Source: an uncultured virus (IMG/VR IMGVR_UViG_3300017975_000001)
Lineage: Duplodnaviria; Heunggongvirae; Uroviricota; Caudoviricetes
Virus record (IMG/VR): IMGVR_UViG_3300017975_000001
DNA: 20,000 nucleotides
Direction: 5' to 3' (one strand)
The position numbers and the translations under genes are program-made. Shown here in pieces: positions 1-7,723 of the stretch. Positions within the stretch are counted from its first letter, which is position 1; each line of letters opens with the position of its first letter. The notes below the pieces were generated by a model. That model did not search any database and was not told the origin of the DNA. It was given only the letters and a program-made list of their open reading frames with translations.

Positions 1-624
1 CATTTCGATTACGGCCATCATGTTCTTTTCCTGTTCCTGTTTTGGTTGTGCATTTATCAAGACAGCAACAACCGTGGCACAGTTCTCTACTGGCCATACT
101 TCCCAGTCCGCGGCGCCGCCACCAAAACTTGCGCGCGCTTCGGCCCGTTCGAGATAAGCAATAGCATTTCGCAATCTCTTTATACTGTCTTGTGCGTGTC
201 CCAACAGCAGATTGTCTTGGTTACAAACGATACCTCTTACGCTATCCCTTTTGGTAGCGATGCGGTGGTCATGCTCTACACGGTAATCTCCACCGAGTGG
301 CTCCTCGCAAATTGGACAAACGTGGCCCTGCGTAGCCGAGATTTGTTCAATTTCCGTCTGCGAGATGTTGTATCGTCTTCTCAGGTACTCATTCCGATAC
401 TTTACATAAAAGCTTTTGGGATCTGCACCCCTTGCCGCGTAATACAGAATCTGTCGTTGTCGGCGACGCTTATATGGATCCTTTATGCGATCCCTCTCGC
501 GGCGATCGAGTGTGTCCTTTGTACGACAACCAACGCACCAATATTTCCCTAACGTAAATCGCACGTCATTGCGCTTACAGTGCGGACAAAGGTCACCGAT
601 CTGCTTCTGTATCTTTTTTCCCAT
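1..624 (-). CDS. Endonuclease VII-like (His-Me finger) nuclease with N- and C-terminal extensions; runs off the left edge
   Basis: Not in the ORF track. Manual translation from ATG 624 is open to base 1: MGKKIQKQIGDLCPHCKR...YLRRRYNISQTEIEQISATQGHVCPICEEPLGGDYRVEHDHRIATKRDSVRGIVCNQDNLLLGHAQDSIKRLRNAIAYLER. This fits the EndoVII pattern RYxI...QxxxCxIC...VDHDH...VRGLLCxxCN..LG...D....L..AI.YL. Confidence 0.85.
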   Translation of the reverse strand, partial: MGKKIQKQIGDLCPHCKRNDVRFTLGKYWCVGCRTKDTLDRRERDRIKDPYKRRRQRQILYYAARGADPKSFYVKYRNEYLRRRYNISQTEIEQISATQGHVCPICEEPLGGDYRVEHDHRIATKRDSVRGIVCNQDNLLLGHAQDSIKRLRNAIAYLERAEARASFGGGAADWEVWPVENCATVVAVLINAQPKQEQEKNMMAVIEM

Positions 625-650
625 AGTCTACCGCAGGATTTGTTAACACC

Positions 651-887
651 CTAGCGTGGCAGCCTCGACATATCAAGCACTCGCAAAAACTCTTCGCGTG
701 AAGGTCCGTCGCCGTTGCATCCATGCACCGAAAATCGGCACTGTCTACAACAAGGGTCGGCCGGACCTTGGCATTCTGCGTACGGGATCGAGCGACGTTC
801 TAGTGATACCGATTCGTTGTGGTAGAGCGCGATGTGAGCGGGCCACCGCCGTTTCTGTGCCCATACATAGATTTCTTCACTCGTCAC
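651..887 (-). CDS. Hypothetical protein, Cys-rich
   Basis: 78 aa ORF abutting the upstream gene (stop at 888) in a co-oriented run. Confidence 0.55.
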   Translation of the reverse strand: MTSEEIYVWAQKRRWPAHIALYHNESVSLERRSIPYAECQGPADPCCRQCRFSVHGCNGDGPSREEFLRVLDMSRLPR

Positions 888-1310
888 TCAACCCCAGTCA
901 TACGCAACGAGTTTGCCTGCGCGGTTGTAGCCGACTTGCGCGCAGTCTACTGCGCCAGTCCAAGCTGGAAGCCGGCCATGTGCTTCACGAACAATTTCCA
1001 TGCGGATGATCAGTAGTTCGGTTTGACGTGACAGGTGCAAGTCCTTCCACGTTTTGGCGTAGCGCTCTTTGGCGCCGAGCCAATTGTCCGGCTCTAACTC
1101 GCGCGCGTTCGCTGATTCTCCATACAGGTTCTTCGGTAGCTTGATCACGTTCGTGCCGTCGCGACCTTTGAACACGATGCGGCTGCGGCCTTCGCCTAAT
1201 GGCGGCCCGTATACGCAACGCAGGTGTGTGAAGGCATAGACGTAGAAACGATCCTCTTTGGCGTTAGTCCAACGCGAAAGCTCGTTACGCCAGTTGATCC
1301 GCTTGGTCAC
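888..1310 (-). CDS. Minimal protein-kinase-like fold protein
   Basis: Gly loop LGEGRSRIVF, VIKLPK lysine, NARELE helix-C Glu, hinge MEIV, VDCAQVG, and KLVAYDWG as the DFG equivalent; AAGG before GTG. Confidence 0.65.
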   Translation of the reverse strand: MTKRINWRNELSRWTNAKEDRFYVYAFTHLRCVYGPPLGEGRSRIVFKGRDGTNVIKLPKNLYGESANARELEPDNWLGAKERYAKTWKDLHLSRQTELLIIRMEIVREAHGRLPAWTGAVDCAQVGYNRAGKLVAYDWG

Positions 1311-1335
1311 GGCCGTACCTTTGCCTTACACGTCA

Positions 1336-1533
1336 TCAGCTCATCCTTGATGCGTCCTGACAACTGCAACCGCACTCGGGATCGTCACAGCGCGAGTGCG
1401 TGAGCGCGTGTAGCTCTTCACCCCTGAACCTTGCGCGCTCGAATGGGGCGCATGTCCGACAGATCTTGCGTCCACCGATCATTGCGGCGAACGCCTCGGC
1501 TGGATTGAGCAAGTTTCGGATTCGCTTGGTCAC
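1336..1533 (-). CDS. Hypothetical small Cys/His-rich protein (MTKRIRNLL...)
   Basis: GTG 1533 preceded by GAAGG; CxxC and HxxCxxxxCxCxC; start region shared with 888-1310. Confidence 0.55.
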   Translation of the reverse strand: MTKRIRNLLNPAEAFAAMIGGRKICRTCAPFERARFRGEELHALTHSRCDDPECGCSCQDASRMS

Positions 1534-1577
1534 GATCGTACCTTCGCGGTTAGAAGGCTTCGTGTTACGTTGTGCCC

Positions 1578-1673
1578 CTTGAACATCGTCTGGAATGCGG
1601 GTTGAAACCAACGTGGCGAGGTGTGCATCTGGGATCGTCGACCGTTATGTAGCCATTCCAGACGATGTCCAAG
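1578..1673. repeat. Intergenic inverted repeat: 20-bp arms (one mismatch) around a 56-nt spacer
   Basis: CTTGAACATCGTCTGGAATG (1578-1597) vs CATTCCAGACGATGTCCAAG (1654-1673); inner 15 bp are perfect. Confidence 0.9.
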
Positions 1674-1676
1674 AAA

Positions 1677-2171
1677 TTAGTCGATCGTCACACGCTTTGG
1701 TGGCGGCCGATCTGGTGCTGCATCTGTGATTCGAATAACGCGTCCAGTACGCTCTTCGAAGCGGCTACCGCATGTGAGCCGTGGACAGACGAATGAAACG
1801 ACGTAGCGCTTTCCGCAGTCAGGGCACTCAAAAGACGCGACGCGCATCTCGTCATCGGTCAGAAACTCTCCTCGCTTCGAGGAGCGTTTCATCATTTTGC
1901 CGTCATCACGCACGCACGTGTAGCAGTACCGCATTGTGCTAAGCGCTTCGCGGACGTTCTCCGGCGTCGGAGGTTCAGAACCTGCCCACGCACCCCAACC
2001 TGCACTGCGCGGTCCGCCACACCCATCGCAGACTAGATCGTCCTTTCCGAGTAGCCAGCCATTGCCTTTGCCGGCGACAGGCACGTACGCGCTTGTGTCT
2101 TCACCAGCACACCATGGACAGTGTTGACCTGGTGTTTGGAAGTAGCCGTGCGGGCACGTGGGCCAGCTCAT
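1677..2171 (-). CDS. Hypothetical protein with multiple zinc-ribbon motifs
   Basis: 164 aa with CPHG, CPWC, CDGC, CYTC, CPDC and CPRLTC. Confidence 0.7.
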   Translation of the reverse strand: MSWPTCPHGYFQTPGQHCPWCAGEDTSAYVPVAGKGNGWLLGKDDLVCDGCGGPRSAGWGAWAGSEPPTPENVREALSTMRYCYTCVRDDGKMMKRSSKRGEFLTDDEMRVASFECPDCGKRYVVSFVCPRLTCGSRFEERTGRVIRITDAAPDRPPPKRVTID

Positions 2172-2190
2172 GTTTGGAGCCTCGTTTGTA

Positions 2191-2502
2191 CTATGTTCGG
2201 GACTCGCGACGGGCGACCGCCGTGTGGTTTGAAACGAAACGCCTCCGTGTACGCTTCCTCTTTCGCCGCTTGAGCGTCGACCTCCATTGGTAGCCGAACG
2301 ATGGTAGGGACAGCGTTTCGTCAGTGATCATGCAAGCGATCTTTGCCCGCTCGACCATGATTGCCTCGCCAGGCTGCAGTACTCTGCCACCGCAGGCGTT
2401 CGCGATCTTTTCAGCGAAAAGTTGAGGGGTAACTTCCTCATCGAGCAAGAAAACCAGCGTCACTTTGTGTTTCTGAGTCACGTCGACGGTCTTCACTGCC
2501 AT
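2191..2502 (-). CDS. Hypothetical protein with basic C-terminus
   Basis: 103 aa; tight spacing; KRRKRKRTRRRF near the C-terminus. Confidence 0.6.
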   Translation of the reverse strand: MAVKTVDVTQKHKVTLVFLLDEEVTPQLFAEKIANACGGRVLQPGEAIMVERAKIACMITDETLSLPSFGYQWRSTLKRRKRKRTRRRFVSNHTAVARRESRT

Positions 2503-2506
2503 CTCT

Positions 2507-2800
2507 TCATGTGGAAACCTCTGTCAGTCGATCGAGAATTGTTCGGGCGCGCTTGTTATCGACGAAAATATGAGGAGCGTCATGCCAGATGTGTCTTACC
2601 AGCCATCTGAGTGCCTCGACATCCTCAAGCGAGAAATCATCGATCGCGCGCGCCAGGCGTTCGGCCTGCACTCTTCGCTGTTCGTGTGAGCCGTACGCAC
2701 AACACCGTCGACAACCGGAAGACGATACTAGGTTCACGCAGGTACAAGCGTCGTGGCACGGCGTCGTGTACACGCACGGACATGAATAGCTCACGGCCAT
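2507..2800 (-). CDS. Hypothetical protein with Cys-rich N-terminus
   Basis: 97 aa; start overlaps the end of the upstream gene. Confidence 0.6.
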   Translation of the reverse strand: MAVSYSCPCVYTTPCHDACTCVNLVSSSGCRRCCAYGSHEQRRVQAERLARAIDDFSLEDVEALRWLVRHIWHDAPHIFVDNKRARTILDRLTEVST

Positions 2801-3264
2801 CTCTTGATCTGCTCTTGAAGCGTGGTGTAGCGGCGCTGTAGTTCATCGAGGTCGCGTAATGCCTTGCGATTGCCCTCCTCGCCAAGATCATCCAGCGATT
2901 GCATCGCGCGGATGCCGTCAGAGACTTGGGAAAGCTGCGCCTCAGCCTCCGCACGCGTTTGCGGTGCTGTACTAGATACGGCGAGCGCTGTCGCGCCATC
3001 CTTGAGGCGGCGCTGATCAATTGACGTCGGCATGGTTCGGCTGTCGAGAAACATTATTTCCTTCTGCACGGCGGCATCGACGGTGTCAATCAAATCAGCT
3101 ACAAGAGCTGCGTGGCGCTCGACGGATGTCAGCAATAAGCCGAGGAGCTTTCTGTCGCGCGTCGATCGCCACGCCTTCGCTGCATCGTATACCGGCCGCA
3201 TCCGCTTGCATTCCTCGCGCAGACGGTCGCGCTCGGCAATGACATTAGCCAACTCTTCGATCAT
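2791..3264 (-). CDS. Hypothetical coiled-coil protein
   Basis: 157 aa with heptad-like helical segments. Confidence 0.65.
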   Translation of the reverse strand: MIEELANVIAERDRLREECKRMRPVYDAAKAWRSTRDRKLLGLLLTSVERHAALVADLIDTVDAAVQKEIMFLDSRTMPTSIDQRRLKDGATALAVSSTAPQTRAEAEAQLSQVSDGIRAMQSLDDLGEEGNRKALRDLDELQRRYTTLQEQIKRWP

Positions 3265-3271
3265 CTGCAGC

Positions 3272-3508
3272 TCAGTTGGCCGTCGTTACAGAGATGGAAT
3301 GTGCCCAGTCCAAGCTCCGCGCAGGGATATCGATGCTCATGTGCTTCCTTGCCACGTCTCGTGCTGCGTCGTACGCGTCGTTGGCATTGGACTCCTCGAC
3401 GCAAACTTCATGACGCGCAAGAATAGAACCGTCAGCAGCTAGCCTGAAGAATTGCACAACGAAAGATCTCATCAGCGGCTTGGACTTGGATTTCATCGAT
3501 CGTGTCAT
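3272..3508 (-). CDS. Hypothetical protein
   Basis: ATG 3508 follows a strong AGGAG, so it is preferred over 3565. Confidence 0.6.
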   Translation of the reverse strand: MTRSMKSKSKPLMRSFVVQFFRLAADGSILARHEVCVEESNANDAYDAARDVARKHMSIDIPARSLDWAHSISVTTAN

Positions 3509-3615
3509 GCTCAATCTCCTATTAGTCGTCGGAAACGCGTCCACAGGCGTCACAGACGATGACATGTGGGATGGCGCTGTTCATGGTCTCGTGCGCACAA
3601 CATAGGAGTGCGGCC

Positions 3616-3834
3616 TCAAGGGACTTTCTCTAAGATCTTGAACACCTTCTCGCGCAGCGCCACAGCCGCGCGGACCGCCCTCACGCAGTCCTTCTTAGCG
3701 CCACCGTCGGCGATCTGGATGTTCTCGACGGCCTCGCGGAGGAGTTGCTCCGCCGCCATGACCTGCGCCTTGGCCGACGCGATTAGGTACAGCCGCTCCA
3801 GCCTCTCGTGATCGACGCCCGGTATCTCCCGCAT
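3616..3834 (-). CDS. Hypothetical helical protein
   Basis: ATG 3834 lies one base after the upstream stop (TAA-G-ATG). Confidence 0.6.
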   Translation of the reverse strand: MREIPGVDHERLERLYLIASAKAQVMAAEQLLREAVENIQIADGGAKKDCVRAVRAAVALREKVFKILEKVP

Positions 3835-3835
3835 C

Positions 3836-4222
3836 TTAGGAAAGACTCGACGCCTCAATCGGTTTCACACCGAGAATCTCAGCTGCTTTCATGAAGCCTC
3901 GCGCTGTAGGCGTGACAATGACAGCATGCTTGGGATCCTGGTTCATGATCGCGCATGATACGACGTTGCAGACCCACTCGACCTCCAGCACGTAACAACG
4001 CAGCCGCCAGCAGTTGTCGACGTCATCGTGAGCACGAAATGCCTTGTCAGCCTGCGCATTGGCTTCAATAAGTAGCTGCGCGAGTTGAAAGGGATGTTTG
4101 CCACGACAGGCTTCGAAGCCTGCTACGGCGCCTTCACATTTGTGCGGTTGATCTGCGTAATTAACGCGCGCGGCGGCGATGCCATCGTCGATTACGCGAG
4201 TCAGGAAGTCGAAGTAGTTCAT
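3836..4222 (-). CDS. Hypothetical protein (MNYFDFLTRVIDDG...)
   Basis: AGGA before ATG 4222; protein-like composition. Confidence 0.7.
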   Translation of the reverse strand: MNYFDFLTRVIDDGIAAARVNYADQPHKCEGAVAGFEACRGKHPFQLAQLLIEANAQADKAFRAHDDVDNCWRLRCYVLEVEWVCNVVSCAIMNQDPKHAVIVTPTARGFMKAAEILGVKPIEASSLS

Positions 4223-4652
4223 TGCGTGATTCCTTGGCGGGCTGCCCAATTCCAATCCGAGCAAGTAGCGCTTCTAGCCGTGAACACGCATCTGCTCGAC
4301 ATTCGCGCGGCATTTCCAGCAGCGGCGTGACCTCGTCTTCTTCGATCACGATCAAGCGCCAGGAACGTCCTCGACCTGGTGTAGACCACGCAAGACGTCC
4401 CCAAGGTGGAAAGTCGACGCTGACTGGACGAAGATCCCTAGGCTGTCCTTGAAACTGCCACGCGCGTACGTGGTTCTCGATGAGCAGCAACTTTCGATGA
4501 ATTTCATCATCGTAGGCGTTCAACTTCGCTGAAGCCTCGAACAACTCGCGAACGACGTCGCGTAGAGGTCGTTCAGTTTCTGGCACGTTCGTGTTATGTT
4601 CAGGGCTCGCGGCAGCCGACCGCTGTGCGGATTGAAACCGGACTGCACTCAT
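4161..4652 (-). CDS. Hypothetical protein
   Basis: 163 aa; ATGA overlap with the RHH gene; 3' end overlaps the next gene by about 60 nt. Confidence 0.6.
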   Translation of the reverse strand: MSAVRFQSAQRSAAASPEHNTNVPETERPLRDVVRELFEASAKLNAYDDEIHRKLLLIENHVRAWQFQGQPRDLRPVSVDFPPWGRLAWSTPGRGRSWRLIVIEEDEVTPLLEMPRECRADACSRLEALLARIGIGQPAKESRNELLRLPDSRNRRWHRRRAR

Positions 4653-4825
4653 GGCTTACAGATCGCTGCCGCACGGGATGTAGTGGTTGGCGTAAGTCCT
4701 AGTTCAGGACCTACTACAGCCACCACGATGCTCGACATCGAGATGCCGTGCGCCTCGGCGTATGCCTTGAGGCGTGCGTGCATTCGCCCACTAATACTAA
4801 TGTGTGCGTGTCGCTTGCTGCTCAT
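4649..4825 (-). CDS. Ribbon-helix-helix (CopG/Arc-like) DNA-binding protein, 58 aa
   Basis: Not in the track. MSSKRHAHISISGRMHARLKAYAEAHGISMSSIVVAVVG... shows a strand, a helix, a G-x-S turn and a second helix; ATGA coupling to the next gene. Confidence 0.75.
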   Translation of the reverse strand: MSSKRHAHISISGRMHARLKAYAEAHGISMSSIVVAVVGPELGLTPTTTSRAAAICKP

Positions 4826-4868
4826 GTTATCTCAACCCTTGGCTTTGCCTTAAAGTTCGATCAGAGGT

Positions 4869-4898
4869 TTGACAGCGACATTGTGTGAGCGTTAGCGT
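4869..4898 (+). promoter_or_regulatory. Possible sigma70-type promoter, antisense to the recombinase 3' end
   Basis: TTGACA (4869-4874), 18-nt spacer, TAGCGT (4893-4898), intergenic. Confidence 0.35.
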
Positions 4899-4904
4899 TC
4901 ATCT

Positions 4905-5960
4905 CTACGCTTGCTTTGCCGGATTTCGAGGCAAAGACTTACGCTTCCTTTTACGCTTTCCCTTGCTTGATTGTTCGCGAGGCTCCTTGCCGTCCTCAAC
5001 CGGCCGCCAGTCCATTAGGAGCATATTAGCTGGTAGATCTGAACCAAGCTCCTGACCATCTCCGTCAGACGTGTATCCCGTGACTGCAGCGATTTGTGCC
5101 GGAGTCGCGCCTTCAGCCTGGGCCCAAGAAATGAAGGTCTTTCGAAAGACGTGTGGTCGTATGTCCTTGAGCCCTGCGTCGAGTGCGCGCTCTTTCAGCA
5201 CGCGATACAGTCCATCTGGTGTGAGTCCTTTTTCGTTTATCCGGCACTTGAGTTGACCGTCATCCTGACCCAGTGCCCGAAATACGGGCCCTGAAGAATG
5301 ACCATTCTCGACGAGCCAGCTGATCCAGTCTGCCAACGCATCTGCCGTCACTGCATCGAGCGATATCGTGTGCGGTTCGCCGCCCTTCTTCTCGAAAGTC
5401 AGTTTACAGCCAGCTGCTATGTTGTGTGTCTTCGAAAAGTCTGAGAATTTGATTTTACAGATTGAGAACCGCAACATACCGGTTCGCAATCCAAGTGTAA
5501 CGATAGCAAGATCGCGAAGGTCCCGTCCGCGCTTTGAATGGCGATCTATGCCACGACATGTATCTAGGAGGCTTCGGGCCTCACTCCACGTCAGCGCCCG
5601 CTCCTCTGCTTCAGACAGTTTCTTCTTGGCTGGCTTTTTCGTCGGCTTGGTCGGTGTTTCTTCAGTGGGCAGTGTTTCAATCGCACCGAAGAAACGCTGA
5701 GCTTGATCTCGCGGTACGCCTTTCAAACGCCGTGCAGCGAACCGCAAAGCATTCAATGCGACGTTGATGCTTTTGGCCTGAAGCTTGCGCGCTTGCATGC
5801 TCTCGCGCCAGAGCTGTGGCGCATCCTTCGTCCATCCAGACTTGTTCGCACCAGCGAATTCGACGAAGGCTCTTATGTGCTGAAGATACAATTCCTGTGT
5901 TCGCGGTCTGAGCTTCTTGGCATGGATAACGACTTCTTCCAGTTCAGTAGGTTTTGACAT
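4905..5960 (-). CDS. Tyrosine recombinase/integrase-family protein, catalytic residues apparently degenerate
   Basis: N-terminal core-binding pattern (LRPRTQELY...SINVALNALR), RDLAIVTLGLRTGM, KKGG, IRPHVFRKTF, QIAAVTGY. Confidence 0.9.
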   Translation of the reverse strand: MSKPTELEEVVIHAKKLRPRTQELYLQHIRAFVEFAGANKSGWTKDAPQLWRESMQARKLQAKSINVALNALRFAARRLKGVPRDQAQRFFGAIETLPTEETPTKPTKKPAKKKLSEAEERALTWSEARSLLDTCRGIDRHSKRGRDLRDLAIVTLGLRTGMLRFSICKIKFSDFSKTHNIAAGCKLTFEKKGGEPHTISLDAVTADALADWISWLVENGHSSGPVFRALGQDDGQLKCRINEKGLTPDGLYRVLKERALDAGLKDIRPHVFRKTFISWAQAEGATPAQIAAVTGYTSDGDGQELGSDLPANMLLMDWRPVEDGKEPREQSSKGKRKRKRKSLPRNPAKQA

Positions 5961-6002
5961 TGGGCCATCACAGCGTTAGCGGCAAAGACGCAGCGGGTCT
6001 TG

Positions 6003-6377
6003 TTACGGTTTGGCGCCCTTACCTCGTTGCTTGGAGACAGTTTCGACTGGTCCTACCTTACACTGGCGCGCGTGAGTAGAAACGGCTCGCCGACGAATAT
6101 CGGTGTAGATGCCGCATCTCGTACAACGCCAGAGACGCGTGCGGAAGTCGTAAGCGATCAGTGGCGCTGCGTCGTGATTGTTTTGCTCTGGCAAACCAAT
6201 CAATGGTGACGGGCTGCTTAGCAGCTGCGGTGCCTTCGCCGTCAGCCTCTGCGCCACTTCTTGGAACAGCGGGCGAATGATCTCCGCAGCGATTTCTTGA
6301 GAGAGCTGCCCGAGGTGCTTCTCGATCAATTCCTGAACACGCGGATTCAACGACTGAACACTAATTTTCGCACTCAT
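6003..6377 (-). CDS. Hypothetical protein with C2HC-type zinc finger
   Basis: WRCTRCG...STHARQC; AGGAAG upstream. Confidence 0.65.
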   Translation of the reverse strand: MSAKISVQSLNPRVQELIEKHLGQLSQEIAAEIIRPLFQEVAQRLTAKAPQLLSSPSPLIGLPEQNNHDAAPLIAYDFRTRLWRCTRCGIYTDIRRRAVSTHARQCKVGPVETVSKQRGKGAKP

Positions 6378-6433
6378 TTCTACTTCCTTTTCTTAGCAAG
6401 CATTCGAACGGCCGATCATTCATTGCGCGCACG

Positions 6434-6679
6434 TCAGTGGCCCTCCAGCGTCTTGGCAAATTCCGCCCAGACTTGGATCTGACGGTCGACATCGTTAAAG
6501 CTGTGCGCGTTGTACGTCTCTACGACGGTCCAAACATGCCCGTCTTCGTCAACAACGCGCTTACCTGCAATCGCAAGCTCGTTACGGATCCAGAACACGT
6601 CGCGCTTTGTGCCATTGGCGATAGGACGCTCTAGCAGCACTTGGCGCAACATCTCGCCGCGGGCTTTCGTAGTTGTCAT
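6434..6679 (-). CDS. Hypothetical protein
   Basis: 81 aa; GGAGG RBS; ATGA overlap. Confidence 0.7.
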   Translation of the reverse strand: MTTTKARGEMLRQVLLERPIANGTKRDVFWIRNELAIAGKRVVDEDGHVWTVVETYNAHSFNDVDRQIQVWAEFAKTLEGH

Positions 6680-6873
6680 GGCGGCGCCTCCACATAGCGG
6701 CAGTAGGCGTGCACTGCGTGGTCACCGCGTGCTAGGTCGGAGGTCAATCGCCAGGGACCAGTCCTCCCGCACTTGCAGACGTAGCGGTAGTGGAGACCTG
6801 CACGCGTCCAGTTCCCAGCTTCCTCGGAGAGCATCTGGTGCGGGTCGGGCAGCCGCGTCGCGACACGCGTCAT
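6676..6873 (-). CDS. Hypothetical small protein (CxCG...H)
   Basis: ATGA overlaps at both ends; YVCKCGRTGPW...HAVH. Confidence 0.6.
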   Translation of the reverse strand: MTRVATRLPDPHQMLSEEAGNWTRAGLHYRYVCKCGRTGPWRLTSDLARGDHAVHAYCRYVEAPP

Positions 6874-7232
6874 AACTCGCACCACGTCCTGACTAGGTCA
6901 GGATCCTTCATGTGCTCGTCACAGAACGGCAGGCGGACGTCGGACAGCGCCGCGCCACAACCTAGCTTGCAACACTTGGTTGTTATGTTCGCCGCAGGCA
7001 GCTTGCCGGTCGTTCGCGCCTCTTCGACACGCTCTCTGAAGTGACGGTAGCGCTCTGTGGCACGTTCGAGCGTCCAACGTGCGCCGTCACGGTCACATCC
7101 CATGTCGCACCATACACAGACGAGCGGACCGTCCATGCTGCGATGAATCACCGAATCGCCGCAATAGAGACACGATGGAACACCGTCGATTTCAACCTCG
7201 ATAGGCGGTCGAGATCGAATGCAGTACTTCAC
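6870..7232 (-). CDS. Hypothetical zinc-binding protein
   Basis: CLYC, CVWC, CKLGC...CDEH; overlapping stop/start. Confidence 0.65.
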   Translation of the reverse strand: MKYCIRSRPPIEVEIDGVPSCLYCGDSVIHRSMDGPLVCVWCDMGCDRDGARWTLERATERYRHFRERVEEARTTGKLPAANITTKCCKLGCGAALSDVRLPFCDEHMKDPDLVRTWCEL

Positions 7233-7615
7233 AATGATTCCTTCATCGCCTGCAGCGCGTTCTCGGTCTTCTCTTTCAGCGACGTCTGGTCGGTCACGTC
7301 ATCGAGTGACAAGCCCTGCTCGGAGAGCTGATCCAGTACAGCTTGCGGGATGCGAAAGTAATAATGCGCATACGTGCAGTCATATGCGTCATCGTGGTCG
7401 TGCAAGTAGAGCGGATGTTGCGTGAGCTTGCTGTTCGTGCACTCGACGCGATTGCCGCCACCAGTTCGGCAGAGAATGTGAAACACGTGTGCATCACCGT
7501 CTTTGGTGAAGGAGGCATCGCGAAAGCGCTCGATGTCGGTAAGCTGCAGTCCCAATGCGTGCAGAATGTGCGCAGCATTCGGGTCATGCCCATGAAGAAG
7601 ATTATAGAGGCTCAT
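7229..7615 (-). CDS. Hypothetical phage-type protein (MSLYNLLHG...RFRD...RTGGGNR...DCTYA)
   Basis: 128 aa; AGGA RBS and a promoter directly upstream. Confidence 0.75.
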   Translation of the reverse strand: MSLYNLLHGHDPNAAHILHALGLQLTDIERFRDASFTKDGDAHVFHILCRTGGGNRVECTNSKLTQHPLYLHDHDDAYDCTYAHYYFRIPQAVLDQLSEQGLSLDDVTDQTSLKEKTENALQAMKESL

Positions 7616-7636
7616 CGTGCAGTCCTACTTGTCGAG

Positions 7637-7664
7637 AGCATAAACGCATCGTAGCTCTTGTCAA
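7637..7664 (-). promoter_or_regulatory. Sigma70-type promoter with the -35 inside a palindrome
   Basis: Minus strand TTGACA (7664-7659), 16 nt, TATGCT (7642-7637); palindrome GCTCTTG-T-CAAGAGC at 7654-7668. Confidence 0.6.
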
Positions 7665-7723
7665 GAGCAGCGCCAACTGCGTATATGACGGCTCGTCCGG
7701 TCCAGCGGACAACTGAGTAAATC

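Noticed and set aside
46..552. 168-aa plus-strand ORF
   Set aside because: Antisense shadow of the endonuclease VII-like gene.
1591..1608. GCGGGTTGAAAC, and GCGGATTGAAAC near 4627-4638, resemble CRISPR repeat 3' ends
   Set aside because: No array, no repeat-like internal palindrome and no cas genes; the second copy lies inside a CDS.
4905..5960. Prophage boundary or att site beside the integrase-like gene
   Set aside because: Phage-like genes continue on both sides, no tRNA or att-like repeat is visible, and the catalytic residues look degenerate.
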